Positions 6,528 to 16,501 of a stretch of DNA of 32,000 nt are shown here, one piece after another. A model generated the notes under the pieces. That model did no database searches. It was not told the DNA's origin and was given only the letters and a program-made list of their open reading frames with translations. The stretch is from Acholeplasma laidlawii PG-8A (GTDB lineage: Bacteria; Bacillota_I; Bacilli_A; Acholeplasmatales; Acholeplasmataceae), in contig NC_010163.1 in the NCBI RefSeq assembly GCF_000018785.1, positions 660,001 through 692,000 on the forward strand, read 5' to 3'. The translations under genes were made by a program, and so were the position numbers. Each line of letters begins with the position of its first letter. The first letter of the stretch is position 1.

Positions 6528-7763
6528 ATGGAATTATCAATGAAGAAAACACCCAAAGAAGTGAGATTAAGGCATCAAGTCTTAACAAGACTCATTGTAC
6601 CCTTTGTTAGAATATATATAGTGATCAAATACAAGTTATCCTTTAAAAAATATAAGGCTTTAAATAAAAAGGGTCCTTTTATTGTTTTAGCCAATCATAC
6701 AGTTAATATTGACCCTATGATCATGGGGATGCAATTCCCATTTCATCTATACTACATTGCTACTGAGCAAGTATTTAATTTAGGCTTCTTATCAAAAGTT
6801 ATTAAGTTTATTGTAAATCCGATTAAAAAATCTAAATCCGTTTCAGATATGGAAACAATTAGAAAAACCAAAAGAATTGTTCAACAAGGTGGTTCAATAG
6901 GTATTTTTCCTGAAGGGAATACCAGTTATAGTGGCCAAACGGTACAGATTATGCCTGCCACAGTTAAACTGATTAAAATGCTTAAAATTCCCGTTATTAT
7001 TATGAATATTAAGGGTATGTACTTAAGTTACCCAAGATGGGCAATTTATAAGAAAAAAGGTAAAACAGAGACATTTATTAAGAAAATTATACTGCCTGAA
7101 ACATATCTTGAAATGTCAGATGAAGATTTATTTTATGAGATCGAAGAGCATCTATATGTTGATGCCTATGCTGATCAAGAAACTTCAGGTCATCTTTATA
7201 AAGGGAAACATATCGCGCATGGTCTTGAAAAATTAATCTTTATGGATTTAGTAAGTAACAAGCCTTTTGTTACATACTCAAAAGGCGATAAACTGAAATC
7301 ACATGATAGTGATTTTGAATTAACGTATTTACCTACTGGTAAAGTAATAGATAAGGATAATCAGTTACATACCTTAGTTGAAATGGAAAGATTAGTTAAA
7401 ATAGCCTATTTTAATTACTATAAGGAAACTAAAGAATCTTTATTACTTGAAGAAGAAGTTCAATTAGTAAAGTCATTTGCTACACATAAAGAAAAACTAG
7501 GAAAATACACATTAAAACTCTTTAAAGAAAAACTATCTCTTATAAGTAGTGATCATACCTTAGATTTCTCATTTGATGAAGTCATTAATATTGTGATGCA
7601 AGGTAAGTATCAAGTGATTATTTATTTACCTAATGAGACTTACATGATGAGATTAGATGATTATTCTAGTATCTATAAATACGTATTAACCTATCAGTAT
7701 TATAAATATATTAAAGATGGAGGAATATCAATCGATGACAAGCATTTTAACTTCGGCATTTGA
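6528..7763 (+). CDS. Lysophospholipid (PlsC-family) acyltransferase-like protein with a ~200-aa C-terminal extension
   Basis: Acyltransferase motif I NHTVNID (HX4D) and motif III FPEGNTS, with an N-terminal hydrophobic segment. The start is ambiguous (ATG 6528 or ATG 6540); neither has a strong SD. Confidence 0.7.
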   Translation: MELSMKKTPKEVRLRHQVLTRLIVPFVRIYIVIKYKLSFKKYKALNKKGPFIVLANHTVNIDPMIMGMQFPFHLYYIATEQVFNLGFLSKVIKFIVNPIKKSKSVSDMETIRKTKRIVQQGGSIGIFPEGNTSYSGQTVQIMPATVKLIKMLKIPVIIMNIKGMYLSYPRWAIYKKKGKTETFIKKIILPETYLEMSDEDLFYEIEEHLYVDAYADQETSGHLYKGKHIAHGLEKLIFMDLVSNKPFVTYSKGDKLKSHDSDFELTYLPTGKVIDKDNQLHTLVEMERLVKIAYFNYYKETKESLLLEEEVQLVKSFATHKEKLGKYTLKLFKEKLSLISSDHTLDFSFDEVINIVMQGKYQVIIYLPNETYMMRLDDYSSIYKYVLTYQYYKYIKDGGISIDDKHFNFGI

Positions 7764-9180
7764 TACATGGTCATTTATATTATGGTTTGCAATTTTATCA
7801 CTCGTGATGATGTTTGGAAACGTTATAAGAAGAAAGGTCAAGTTTTTTAGAAATCTTTTATTTCCTACTGCAATTATTGCAGGGTTTTTAGGTTTAGGTG
7901 TTAAATACTTATGGTACTATTTACCAGATATTGTAAACTTTTTTTCAACAACATATACATCAGATTTTTTAGTATCAGCAAAATCTAATGTCATTGATTT
8001 TAATAATTATCTTCAAGTAATTACCTACCATGCACTCGCATTAGGGTTCATTGCTATGGGGTTAAAGACTGTTAAAGATAGTAAGACTAGAAAATATAAA
8101 GGAAAACCTATAAAAACTGGACTTCTCATAGTTAATACATATTTACTTCAAGGTATTATTGGTTTAGTATTTACGATCATTTTAGGTTATGTGTTTACAA
8201 CCGTAGCACCTTATAGTGGTCTATTATTACCGATGGGGTTTGGACAAGGGCCGGGACAAGCTAATAATATCGGTGGTATTTTTGAGGCAAATGGTTTTGT
8301 TGGTGGCCAAGCATTTGGTCTTGCTATATCAACTATCGGCTTTATTTGTGCATCTACTGTAGGTATTTTCTATATTAACCGAAGAGCCAAAGAGGGTATA
8401 ATTAAACGCGCAAGTCAAGAAGCTAGTCAGACACTTGAAAGCACGGTGGTTGAAGGTTCTGAAGAAATTCCAGTAAGCGAAGCAATCGATAAAATGAGTA
8501 TCCAAATCATTTTTATATTTGTTGTCTATGCTATGGCTTGGGTCTTTATGAGTCTTTTAACAAAACTGATTGGTAATACATCAAGTTTTCAACAAAGTAT
8601 GGTAAGTTTGGTTTGGGGTTTTAATTTCATTTTTGCTATGTTATTTGCTATTGTATTTAAATTAGGTTTAAAATATATTACTAAAAAAGGCTGGATGAAG
8701 AGAAAGTACACGAATGAATACATGTTAAACCGTTTATCTGGTGTATTATTTGATTTTATGGTTGTAGCGTCCCTGATGTCCATTAATATTGAAGCATTAG
8801 TGGATACCGGCTTACTCTTAACGCTATTTATTATCACTACAGTTGGTGTGTTTGCAACATATTATTACTTAAGTTATACAACTAAGAAAATTTATCCTGA
8901 TTACACGATACAAGCGTTTGCTACACTCTTTGGTAACCTAACTGGTACTGCACCTAATGGTATTGCACTCTTAAGAGAAATAGATCCTAATTTTGAAACA
9001 CCTGCAGCAGATGATTTGGTTACAGGATCATCAGCGGCTGTTATGTTTGGTGCACCATTATTAATTATTACAGGTATTATTTATATGCCAGAGTGGTATT
9101 ATTTATGGATATCTTTTATAGCACTAGTAATTTTCTTTGTTGTATTCAATTATTTTATGCTTAAAGAAAAGAAAAAATAA
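7735..9180 (+). CDS. gltS: Sodium/glutamate symporter family (GltS/ESS-type) membrane transporter
   Basis: Polytopic membrane protein. The N-terminus GNVIRRKVKFFRNLLFPTAIIAGFLGLG and the C-terminal GNLTGTAPNGIALLREIDPNF resemble E. coli GltS blocks (GRKLV..FLKKYTIPEPVAGGLL; GFGLGATPTAIANMQAI). I placed the start at ATG 7735 after GGAGGA (7719-7724). ATG 7717 is the alternative. Either start overlaps the preceding gene. Confidence 0.6.
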   Translation: MTSILTSAFDTWSFILWFAILSLVMMFGNVIRRKVKFFRNLLFPTAIIAGFLGLGVKYLWYYLPDIVNFFSTTYTSDFLVSAKSNVIDFNNYLQVITYHALALGFIAMGLKTVKDSKTRKYKGKPIKTGLLIVNTYLLQGIIGLVFTIILGYVFTTVAPYSGLLLPMGFGQGPGQANNIGGIFEANGFVGGQAFGLAISTIGFICASTVGIFYINRRAKEGIIKRASQEASQTLESTVVEGSEEIPVSEAIDKMSIQIIFIFVVYAMAWVFMSLLTKLIGNTSSFQQSMVSLVWGFNFIFAMLFAIVFKLGLKYITKKGWMKRKYTNEYMLNRLSGVLFDFMVVASLMSINIEALVDTGLLLTLFIITTVGVFATYYYLSYTTKKIYPDYTIQAFATLFGNLTGTAPNGIALLREIDPNFETPAADDLVTGSSAAVMFGAPLLIITGIIYMPEWYYLWISFIALVIFFVVFNYFMLKEKKK

Positions 9181-9195
9181 CCTTTGAATGAAGTA

Positions 9196-9239
9196 AAACA
9201 CTATAACTTGCTCAGCTTTAAGTTATAGTGTTTTTTTTT
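9196..9239 (+). terminator. Rho-independent terminator
   Basis: AAACACTATAACTT (9196-9209), 10-nt loop, AAGTTATAGTGTTT (9220-9233), then a long T-run to 9239. Confidence 0.8.
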
Positions 9240-9265
9240 GATTATAAAATATTTCACTTAATTGT

Positions 9266-9292
9266 TTGACTTTTAGTAAATTGGACTATAAT
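9266..9292 (+). promoter_or_regulatory. Promoter candidate for the marR-ABC operon
   Basis: TTGACT (9266-9271) and a perfect TATAAT (9287-9292). The spacer is only 15 nt, so the assignment is tentative. Confidence 0.35.
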
Positions 9293-9330
9293 GATAGTAT
9301 ACACTATAAACTAATGGTAGGTAAAAGCAT

Positions 9331-9753
9331 ATGAAAGAAACCAAAGAAGTATTCTTAAAACAGTTACAAACAATTTCGAAACTAGACATGATGAAGCATT
9401 TAACGCCGTTTTTATATGGTGAAGACGCTATGTTGTTAAAACTTTATGTAAATGAAGCGACAACGCCTAAACTCATGGCAGAGACATTGGGGATTACTAA
9501 AGGTAGAGTCACTGCACTCATGAACAGTCTAAGAAAAAAAGACTATATCTCAGTAATTGTAAACAAAGAAGATGCAAGATCCTATAACTTAGAGTTAACG
9601 CCAAAAGGGTCATCATATATTGAAGGTCGATTTAATTTTATTAGTAATTATTTTGATACCTTGCTAGATTATATCGGTTTAGAAGAATCGAAAGCTTTGA
9701 TTATGTTATTAGAAGTTGTAATTGATAAAGTTAAAACATTCGAGGTGAAATAA
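9331..9753 (+). CDS. MarR-family transcriptional regulator
   Basis: 140 aa with a winged-helix pattern (TPKLMAETLGITKGRVTALMNSLRKKDYISV...DARSYNLELTPKG). It is the first gene of an operon with ABC exporter genes. Confidence 0.75.
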   Translation: MKETKEVFLKQLQTISKLDMMKHLTPFLYGEDAMLLKLYVNEATTPKLMAETLGITKGRVTALMNSLRKKDYISVIVNKEDARSYNLELTPKGSSYIEGRFNFISNYFDTLLDYIGLEESKALIMLLEVVIDKVKTFEVK

Positions 9754-9754
9754 T

Positions 9755-10450
9755 ATGGTAAAAATGATCGATGTTACTAAAAAATATGTTCTAGGTGAAC
9801 AAGTCATTATCGCAAACGATAATGTAAGTTTTAGCGTAAATGAAGGCGAATTATGCGTCATTTTAGGACCTAGTGGTGCAGGTAAGACAACGATACTTAA
9901 TATATTAGGTGGCATGGATGTTGCAAGCTCAGGTCAAATCATCATTGATGATAAGGATATTACTAAATTCAACTCAAAACAGCTCACCAATTATAGACGT
10001 CATGATGTGGGCTTTGTGTTTCAGTTTTATAATTTAATGCCTCAACTTACAGCACTTGATAATGTAGAAATTGCATCAGAAATAGGAAAAGATCCTTTAG
10101 ATGCTAAAGAAGTACTCATTTCTGTAGGCCTAAAGGATAGAATGCATAATTTCCCTTCTCAATTATCTGGTGGTGAACAACAAAGAGTATCGATTGCACG
10201 TGCGATTGCTAAGAATCCTAAGATACTGCTTTGTGATGAGCCAACGGGTGCACTAGATATAGAAACCGGTAAACAAATTTTAGAATTACTCTACAATACT
10301 TCTAAAAATTTTAATAAAACTGTCATTATCGTGACACACAATCAAGCAATCGCAGAAATTGCTGATAGAGTTATCACGGTTAAAAATGGCCATGTTGCTT
10401 CCAATAAACATCAATCCAAACCAAAACAAATACATGAGGTTAAATGGTAA
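9755..10450 (+). CDS. ABC transporter ATP-binding protein (MacB/FtsE/LolD-like)
   Basis: Walker [11 protein letters not shown]-loop, signature [14 protein letters not shown], Walker [13 protein letters not shown], and H-loop VTHN. SD GAGGTGA is present. Confidence 0.9.
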   Translation: MVKMIDVTKKYVLGEQVIIANDNVSFSVNEGELCVILGPSGAGKTTILNILGGMDVASSGQIIIDDKDITKFNSKQLTNYRRHDVGFVFQFYNLMPQLTALDNVEIASEIGKDPLDAKEVLISVGLKDRMHNFPSQLSGGEQQRVSIARAIAKNPKILLCDEPTGALDIETGKQILELLYNTSKNFNKTVIIVTHNQAIAEIADRVITVKNGHVASNKHQSKPKQIHEVKW

Positions 10451-12789
10451 TGAAAGCTTATCCTAAACTCATTTTAAGGGATTTTAAGAAGTTATACTCT
10501 AAGTTTGTAGCAATCGTATTCATTGTTGCTATTGGGGTTGCTTTTTTAGTTGGTTTACTTACAACTGCACCGAATATGAGACATACGATTGATAAGTTCT
10601 ATAAAGATACCAATACCGCAGATGTGGTGATTCAAAAACATACACCTTTTACCAGTGAAGAAATCTTAAATATTTCAAACCACTATTTAGTATCAGAGGT
10701 GATGCCGTATTTTATGATAGATGAACCCATCATAGTAGATGATATTTATCATATGTCTAGAATAGTATTACTAGATTTTAGAGAAGGTGTGACCATGAAC
10801 AGGCTCACCCTTGTTGAAGGTAGATTACCTGAACTCAATGGTGATGTTATAGAAGTTGTTGTAGAAGAAAGTCAAGCCTATTTATTAGATATACCGATTG
10901 GATTTACAACAACAGTTCAAGGAAAAACATTTGAAGTTGTTGGTATTGTAAACCATCCTTGGTATTTTGCATATGTTCAAGAAATATCACCTTTAAGTGG
11001 TAGACCCATTGAATCTATGATTTATGTTGACCAAACTTTTTTAGATGAGACTACCTACACACATGTTTCAATCAAACTAAAAGGCACTGAACAACATAAT
11101 AGTTTTAGTGGTGATTATCAAACTTTTATTGATAATAGAATTGAGATTCTAACAGAAAGTTATCCTGATTATATATTTACAACAAGATTTCAAAATCAAA
11201 GTTTTGTTAAATTTAATTCAGATGTCAAAATTGTAGAAGTCATTTCTATTATATTCCCACTATTTTTCTTTTTAATTGCTGTATTAGTAACAATGTCTTC
11301 CATGACACGTATTATTGCTGATCAAAGAATTCAAATTGGTACCTTAAGATCACTTGGATATTCAAAAATAAAAATTATTACTAAATATATCCTCTATGTG
11401 CTCTTAGCATCTGGTATTGGGGTTTTACTAGGTATAGGTATTGGAATCTATTCCATTCCATTTATTGCATACAATGCTTATGTAGTTGCCTATAACTTAC
11501 CACCATTAAGTATTGAGTATCATTTCATGTATATCACCTTAATTTCATCAACTATGATTTTATCAGTTCTGATTGTAACCTACTTTAGTGTGGTAAATGT
11601 CCTTAAAGAGGCACCATCAAACCTACTTAGACATAAATCCCCTAAAGCCGGTAAAAAGATTTTATTAGAGCGGTTTACATTCATTTGGAAACGACTTAAG
11701 TTTAAATATAAATCCACATTTAGAAATATTTTTAGACAAAAAAGAAATCTATTTTTAATGCTCGTTGGTATATCTGGTTCTACCGCTCTTTTATTAGCAG
11801 GTTTTGGTATTAAAGATGCTGTGGAACTATCAGGGGATGCACAGTTTAATCAAATGTATAATTTTGATATGGAATTAGGTGTACTTCCTAATGAGACAAA
11901 CATTACCTTAATAGAAGCAAACGACAAACTTAATTTAATGATACAGGTAGCATACTTTGATGAAACAGATTACATCAATCTGATTGTGCCTGAAACCTAT
12001 GATGAAATGAATGATTTCTTAAGTTTTAGAGACACAAAGGATAAATCAATTGAGTTTAAATCAGATAGTGTATTTGTGACTAAACAGTTTGCATTAGATC
12101 ATAATATCCACGTAGGTGACCTCATTAGTTTAGAGGTCAATGATGTCACATCTAACTTTACAGTAACTGGTGTTGTAGCATACTATTTTGGGAACAACAT
12201 TTATATATCTAATGAGCTCATTGAAGATGTATTCAGTTTGTATCTTAATAAAATTTATCTGAAACTACCAAACTTTAGTAAATTAGACATGAATCAACTT
12301 CAAAACTCACTCAATGATTTGGATAATGTAGTTCATGTACAAACAAAAGATGATTTAATGGCATCATTTAAACAAACCTCATCGAGTATGAATAGTGTTA
12401 TTATATTACTTGTTATTTTTGCCAGTGTCTTGTCTATTATCATCAACTATAATTTAACGCTTATTAATATAAGTACTAGACATAAAGAAATGGCAACGCT
12501 TAAAGTACTCGGCTACGATGAAAAAGAAGTATCTGGTTATATATTTAGAGAAACATTCATGATTTCTAGTGTCGCCATCCTAATTGGTCTTATATTAGGT
12601 AGATCACTTCAATACTTTATTATCAGTCAAATTAATGTCGATGGTATTATTCTAAAAAATGATATATATCTATTAAGTTATCTTTATACAGCGTTACTAT
12701 CGATTGTTTATTTACTCATTGTTTATGTATCATCTATACCTAAGATTAGAAAAATAGATATGTTAGAAGCTTTAAAATCTTTCGAATAA
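10450..12789 (+). CDS. ABC transporter permease with two FtsX-type domains and large extracytoplasmic domains
   Basis: About 780 aa with two four-TM FtsX-like blocks, each preceded by a large soluble loop. I placed the start at ATG 10450 (TAATG overlap with the upstream stop), 9 nt after GAGGT (10436-10440). The ORF track start is 10444. Confidence 0.85.
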   Translation: MKAYPKLILRDFKKLYSKFVAIVFIVAIGVAFLVGLLTTAPNMRHTIDKFYKDTNTADVVIQKHTPFTSEEILNISNHYLVSEVMPYFMIDEPIIVDDIYHMSRIVLLDFREGVTMNRLTLVEGRLPELNGDVIEVVVEESQAYLLDIPIGFTTTVQGKTFEVVGIVNHPWYFAYVQEISPLSGRPIESMIYVDQTFLDETTYTHVSIKLKGTEQHNSFSGDYQTFIDNRIEILTESYPDYIFTTRFQNQSFVKFNSDVKIVEVISIIFPLFFFLIAVLVTMSSMTRIIADQRIQIGTLRSLGYSKIKIITKYILYVLLASGIGVLLGIGIGIYSIPFIAYNAYVVAYNLPPLSIEYHFMYITLISSTMILSVLIVTYFSVVNVLKEAPSNLLRHKSPKAGKKILLERFTFIWKRLKFKYKSTFRNIFRQKRNLFLMLVGISGSTALLLAGFGIKDAVELSGDAQFNQMYNFDMELGVLPNETNITLIEANDKLNLMIQVAYFDETDYINLIVPETYDEMNDFLSFRDTKDKSIEFKSDSVFVTKQFALDHNIHVGDLISLEVNDVTSNFTVTGVVAYYFGNNIYISNELIEDVFSLYLNKIYLKLPNFSKLDMNQLQNSLNDLDNVVHVQTKDDLMASFKQTSSSMNSVIILLVIFASVLSIIINYNLTLINISTRHKEMATLKVLGYDEKEVSGYIFRETFMISSVAILIGLILGRSLQYFIISQINVDGIILKNDIYLLSYLYTALLSIVYLLIVYVSSIPKIRKIDMLEALKSFE

Positions 12790-12857
12790 TCAAATTGGTC
12801 AATTACTTGGTATAATAGGCGTAGTATGTAAATACTAAGCATTAGGGGAGAAACTAT

Positions 12858-13826
12858 ATGAAGTCTAAAGATCAGGCAATTGATTCTGAATTGAGACTCA
12901 CAGGTAAATTTATTCGTTTTTTTACGCCTTCGTTTAAAGTAGGAACATTAAAACTTGCAAAAAAACTTATGGGTGCTTTAAAAGGTAAAGCACCAGCAAA
13001 ACTCTTTTATGAAGAAGTACATATACCGAGACTAGATGGAACACTTTTAAGACTGACTATATATGCACCAATAAAAAGAAAATATAATGCACCAGGACTT
13101 CTTTATATGCATGGTGGTGGTTACGGTTTAGGTATTCCTGAGATGAATGAGAAGTTATTTAAACTGCTCATTGATGAAACAGGTTGTGTCATTATTTCAC
13201 CAGATTACACTTTATCTGTTGAAAAACCATATCCAGCAGCTATAGATGATTGTTATCTAGCGCTTTTATGGATGAAGAAAAATCATTTACGTTACATGAT
13301 TAATCCGAATCAACTCATGATTGCAGGTGATTCTGCAGGTGGTGGCTTAACGGCAGCATTGGCACTACTTGCTAGAGACAAAAATGAAGTTCAAATTGCA
13401 TTTCAAATGCCACTTTATCCAATGATTGATGATCGTATGAACACACCATCATCAATTGATAATGATGATCCAGTGTGGAACTCTAAGCAAAACAAACTTG
13501 CTTGGGAACTTTATTTGGGTGAATTATTTGGTAAAGATGAAGTACCTTATTATGCGGCACCAGCAAGAGCTCAAAATTTAAAGAATTTACCACCAACGAT
13601 GACCTATGTTGGAAGTGTAGAACCTTTTTTAGATGAAACAAGAGATTTTGTAACAAGACTCAAACTACAAGGCAACGACGTTAATTTCAAGATTTTTGAA
13701 GGTGGATATCACGCATTTGATATCCTAAGTGATAAAACTCAAATTGGCATTGCTGCTAAGAATTATTTACTAGACAATTTTAAATATGCAATAAAAAATC
13801 ACTTTAAGGAAAATAAGAACATATGA
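12858..13826 (+). CDS. Alpha/beta hydrolase, hormone-sensitive-lipase-like esterase family (fold-3)
   Basis: Oxyanion-hole motif HGGGY, nucleophile elbow GDSAGG, and a C-terminal GGYHAF (catalytic His). SD AGGGGAG is present. Confidence 0.85.
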   Translation: MKSKDQAIDSELRLTGKFIRFFTPSFKVGTLKLAKKLMGALKGKAPAKLFYEEVHIPRLDGTLLRLTIYAPIKRKYNAPGLLYMHGGGYGLGIPEMNEKLFKLLIDETGCVIISPDYTLSVEKPYPAAIDDCYLALLWMKKNHLRYMINPNQLMIAGDSAGGGLTAALALLARDKNEVQIAFQMPLYPMIDDRMNTPSSIDNDDPVWNSKQNKLAWELYLGELFGKDEVPYYAAPARAQNLKNLPPTMTYVGSVEPFLDETRDFVTRLKLQGNDVNFKIFEGGYHAFDILSDKTQIGIAAKNYLLDNFKYAIKNHFKENKNI

Positions 13827-14656
13827 GCACATTAACATTTAACATCGAAGATAAATATGTAGGTATTACAATTAGAGAATACCTTCAAACTTATAACGTA
13901 GGAAAACCCGTAATCTATAAGTATTCTTCAAACCACTTGTTTGAAGTCAATTTTAAGGCTGTAAATTCAGAATATAGACTAAAAAAAGGTGATGTCTTAA
14001 ACATTCACCTTGAACCTTATGTCATGAATGACATAGAAGACGTAGAACTAGATATTATTTATGAAGATGATGACATTGTCATCGTGAATAAACCATTTAA
14101 TGTCATTGTACACGATGACGGTGCATCTGAAGATCATTTAACTAGACGCGTCAATATGCATTTTCAATATCATGGATACCATCACCAAGTATTACCAGCA
14201 CATCGTATTGACAAAGAAACAACAGGTATTGTTGTTTTTGCAAAGCACTTTATCGCGCTTGCGTACCTTTCTAATTTATTTGAATCTAGACAAGTCGTTA
14301 AAAACTATATTTGTGTCGTTGAAAATAAAGTAAAAGATAAAACTGGATCTATTGAATCTAAGTTAATCAAAGACAGTAAACTACAAAAAATGGTTGTTTC
14401 ACCACATGGTAAACTAGCGATAACACACTATGAATTACTGGGTTATGAAGCAACACGCTCAAGACTCAAGGTCCAAATTGAAACAGGACGTACACACCAA
14501 ATTAGAGCTCATATGGCAAGTATTAATCATCCAGTAGTAGGAGATATATTATATGGTGTAAGTAGTTCAAGACTTTTATTACATTTTAGTGAAATATCAT
14601 TTCCAATGATACGTACAAAAAAGGTTGAACACTTTGTGTCCAACCCACCATTCTAA
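13823..14656 (+). CDS. RluA-family pseudouridine synthase
   Basis: Catalytic motif HRIDKETTGIVVFAK and GRTHQIRAH. The N-terminus has an S4-like region. The ATGA start/stop overlap with the esterase gene is read directly. Confidence 0.85.
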   Translation: MSTLTFNIEDKYVGITIREYLQTYNVGKPVIYKYSSNHLFEVNFKAVNSEYRLKKGDVLNIHLEPYVMNDIEDVELDIIYEDDDIVIVNKPFNVIVHDDGASEDHLTRRVNMHFQYHGYHHQVLPAHRIDKETTGIVVFAKHFIALAYLSNLFESRQVVKNYICVVENKVKDKTGSIESKLIKDSKLQKMVVSPHGKLAITHYELLGYEATRSRLKVQIETGRTHQIRAHMASINHPVVGDILYGVSSSRLLLHFSEISFPMIRTKKVEHFVSNPPF

Positions 14657-15435
14657 TGGTTAATTTTATCGTTTAATTCTTTTAATTCGTCACTTGTTAG
14701 ATAACGCCAATAACCAACTGGTAAATCACCTAAGGTTAAGTGCATAATTCTAACACGTTCAAGCGATTCAACACGGTAACCTAAACTATCTGCCATACGT
14801 CTAATTTGACGGTTTAATCCTTGTCTAATGGTAAGACTGAAAGTTCTTTCATCTAATGGTTTTAAAATAGATGGCATGGTCATTTGTTTTTCATGAGCAA
14901 CTGGATTATAGATTTCTACACCAGATGTCATTGTTTCAATGAAGTAGTCATCATAAGGTTTATTTAATGTGACATGATATTCTTTATCATGTCCATTTTC
15001 TACTCTTAATATTTTATTGACGATACTACCATCATTGGTAAGTAGAATAAGACCATGTGAGTCTTTATCTAATCTACCAACAGGAAATATTTTTTCTTTA
15101 AAATTCATGAAAGTGATCATATTACCAGAAATTGCTGTATTTGTAGTAGAAACAATACCTACAGGTTTATTAAGTAGAATATAGAATTTTTCTTCTAAGG
15201 GTTCGATGATGTTGTTATCTAAGGTAACGACATCATTTTTTGTTATTTGCATGCCTAACACGGCTGTTACGCCGTTGACCTTAATGCGTCCGTGCTCAAT
15301 TAAACTGTCAGCACCACGACGAGATGCAACCCCAGTTTTAGAGATGTAAAGGTTTAAGCGCATTGATGCCTTGTCATCATCTTTGATTAAATCATTATGA
15401 GGTTTTTCATATTTTTTATATTGTTTTGCGAACAT
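14653..15435 (-). CDS. rluF: RsuA/RluF-family 23S rRNA pseudouridine synthase with an N-terminal S4 domain
   Basis: RLNLYISKTGVASRRGADSLIEHGRIKVNG (S4 domain), LNKPVGIVSTT, GRLDKDSHGLILLTNDG, DKEYHVTL, GLNRQIRRM and LERVRIM. These closely parallel the E. coli RluF blocks as I recall them. SD AAGGAG lies 9 nt upstream. Confidence 0.75.
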   Translation of the reverse strand: MFAKQYKKYEKPHNDLIKDDDKASMRLNLYISKTGVASRRGADSLIEHGRIKVNGVTAVLGMQITKNDVVTLDNNIIEPLEEKFYILLNKPVGIVSTTNTAISGNMITFMNFKEKIFPVGRLDKDSHGLILLTNDGSIVNKILRVENGHDKEYHVTLNKPYDDYFIETMTSGVEIYNPVAHEKQMTMPSILKPLDERTFSLTIRQGLNRQIRRMADSLGYRVESLERVRIMHLTLGDLPVGYWRYLTSDELKELNDKINH

Positions 15436-15618
15436 TAAAGTTAAGCTCCTTAAATAAATTAGTGTATATGTATTTTACCAAAATATTCCATTAATTGATA
15501 CACTCGCTGTATTTATAACATAATATGAATCATTATTCATAAAAAAAGATGTAACCATCTTGTTTTAAATTTAAAATAAGATAAAATGATTAGGATGATA
15601 AAAAAAATGGAGGTATTT

Positions 15619-16167
15619 ATGACAAAAAAAATGAATCCAGGACCTTTAGGTTTACTGGGATTTGGAATGACAACAATCTTGTTAAACCTAGCAAATGCGG
15701 GTATTACTGAGTTGTCATTAGTAGTGATTTCAATGGGTGTGGCACTAGGTGGTCTAGCACAAATTATTGCAGGTATTTTAGAATTTAAAAACAACAATAA
15801 TTTTGGTGGAACAGCATTCACAGCATACGGATTTTTCTGGTTATCACTTGTAATGATCTGGTTATTACCAAAAGATTATCCGGCATTTACAGCAGATTTA
15901 ACTTCAATGGGCTTTTACTTATTATTATGGGGTGTATTTACAACATTTATGTTTATAGGCACATTCACTCATAATACAATTACTAAATTTGTATTTGGCT
16001 CATTAGCGTTATTATTCTTCTTATTAGCACTAGGTGATTTCACTGCTATAAGATTAATTACAAATATCGCTGGTTATGTTGGAATTTTAACTGGTTTATT
16101 TGCTATGTATTCTGCAGTTGGACAAATTGTGAATGAAGAACTTGGCAAAAAAGTTTTCCCACTATAA
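15619..16167 (+). CDS. satP: Succinate-acetate/proton symporter, GPR1/FUN34/YaaH family
   Basis: NPGPLGLLGFGMTTILLNL, GGLAQIIAGILEFK and FGGTAFTAYGFFWLS match E. coli SatP (NPAPLGLMGFGMTTILLNL ...). I placed the start at ATG 15619 after GGAGG. The ORF track start is 15586. Confidence 0.9.
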   Translation: MTKKMNPGPLGLLGFGMTTILLNLANAGITELSLVVISMGVALGGLAQIIAGILEFKNNNNFGGTAFTAYGFFWLSLVMIWLLPKDYPAFTADLTSMGFYLLLWGVFTTFMFIGTFTHNTITKFVFGSLALLFFLLALGDFTAIRLITNIAGYVGILTGLFAMYSAVGQIVNEELGKKVFPL

Positions 16168-16206
16168 TTATAATTAAGTAAAATTTACGATAAAATAATT
16201 TTAATG

Positions 16207-16235
16207 TTGTAATTTGATTTCGATTGGATTATAAT
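16207..16235 (+). promoter_or_regulatory. Promoter candidate for the T-box leader and amino acid ABC operon
   Basis: -35 TTGTAA (16207-16212), 17-nt spacer, -10 TATAAT (16230-16235). Confidence 0.5.
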
Positions 16236-16241
16236 GTTTTT

Positions 16242-16470
16242 CAAAGTGATGAAGAAGAGTAGTAATTTATTTAACTTTTCATAGAGAGCTGATGATTGGT
16301 GTAAATCAGTAAAAGTGATGAATGAACGTGCTTTGGAGCTTTTAAATCGAGTTTTGATGAGGTTTAAACGTATGTCGGCGTTAACGATATAAGTGCTAGG
16401 TTTTTAATCTAGAACTAAGGTGGTACCGCGATTAACTCGTCCTTAGACATTATTGTCTAGGGACTTTTTT
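16242..16470 (+). promoter_or_regulatory. T-box riboswitch leader, complete unit (Stem I, T-box sequence, antiterminator/terminator)
   Basis: A GA/K-turn-like region (GTGATGAAG) and AGAGTA come first. The AG bay is AGAGAG (16283-16288). The distal stem is CTGAT/ATCAG with the loop GATTGGTGTAA. The T-box sequence is CTAAGGTGGTACCGCG (16415-16430). The antiterminator pairs CTAAGG (16415-16420) with CCTTAG (16441-16446). The competing terminator is GTCCTTAGACA (16439-16449) / TGTCTAGGGAC (16454-16464) plus T6. The candidate specifier is CGT at 16327-16329, in the loop GAA-CGT-G. Confidence 0.85.
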
Positions 16471-16501
16471 ATTAAGTATCACATCACTCATCATCAATAT
16501 A

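Noticed and set aside
12808-12816. Extended -10 element (TGGTATAAT) upstream of the esterase gene as a promoter
   Set aside because: The element is plausible, but there is no acceptable -35. The upstream permease gene ends only 20 nt before it and no terminator intervenes. Read-through from the ABC operon is equally likely, so I did not list it as a feature.
15436-15618. Several -35/-10-like hexamers between rluF and satP (for example TTGATA...CATAAT and TTGTTT...TAAAAT)
   Set aside because: In DNA this AT-rich such matches are expected by chance, and several alternatives are equally good. I could not single one out with confidence.
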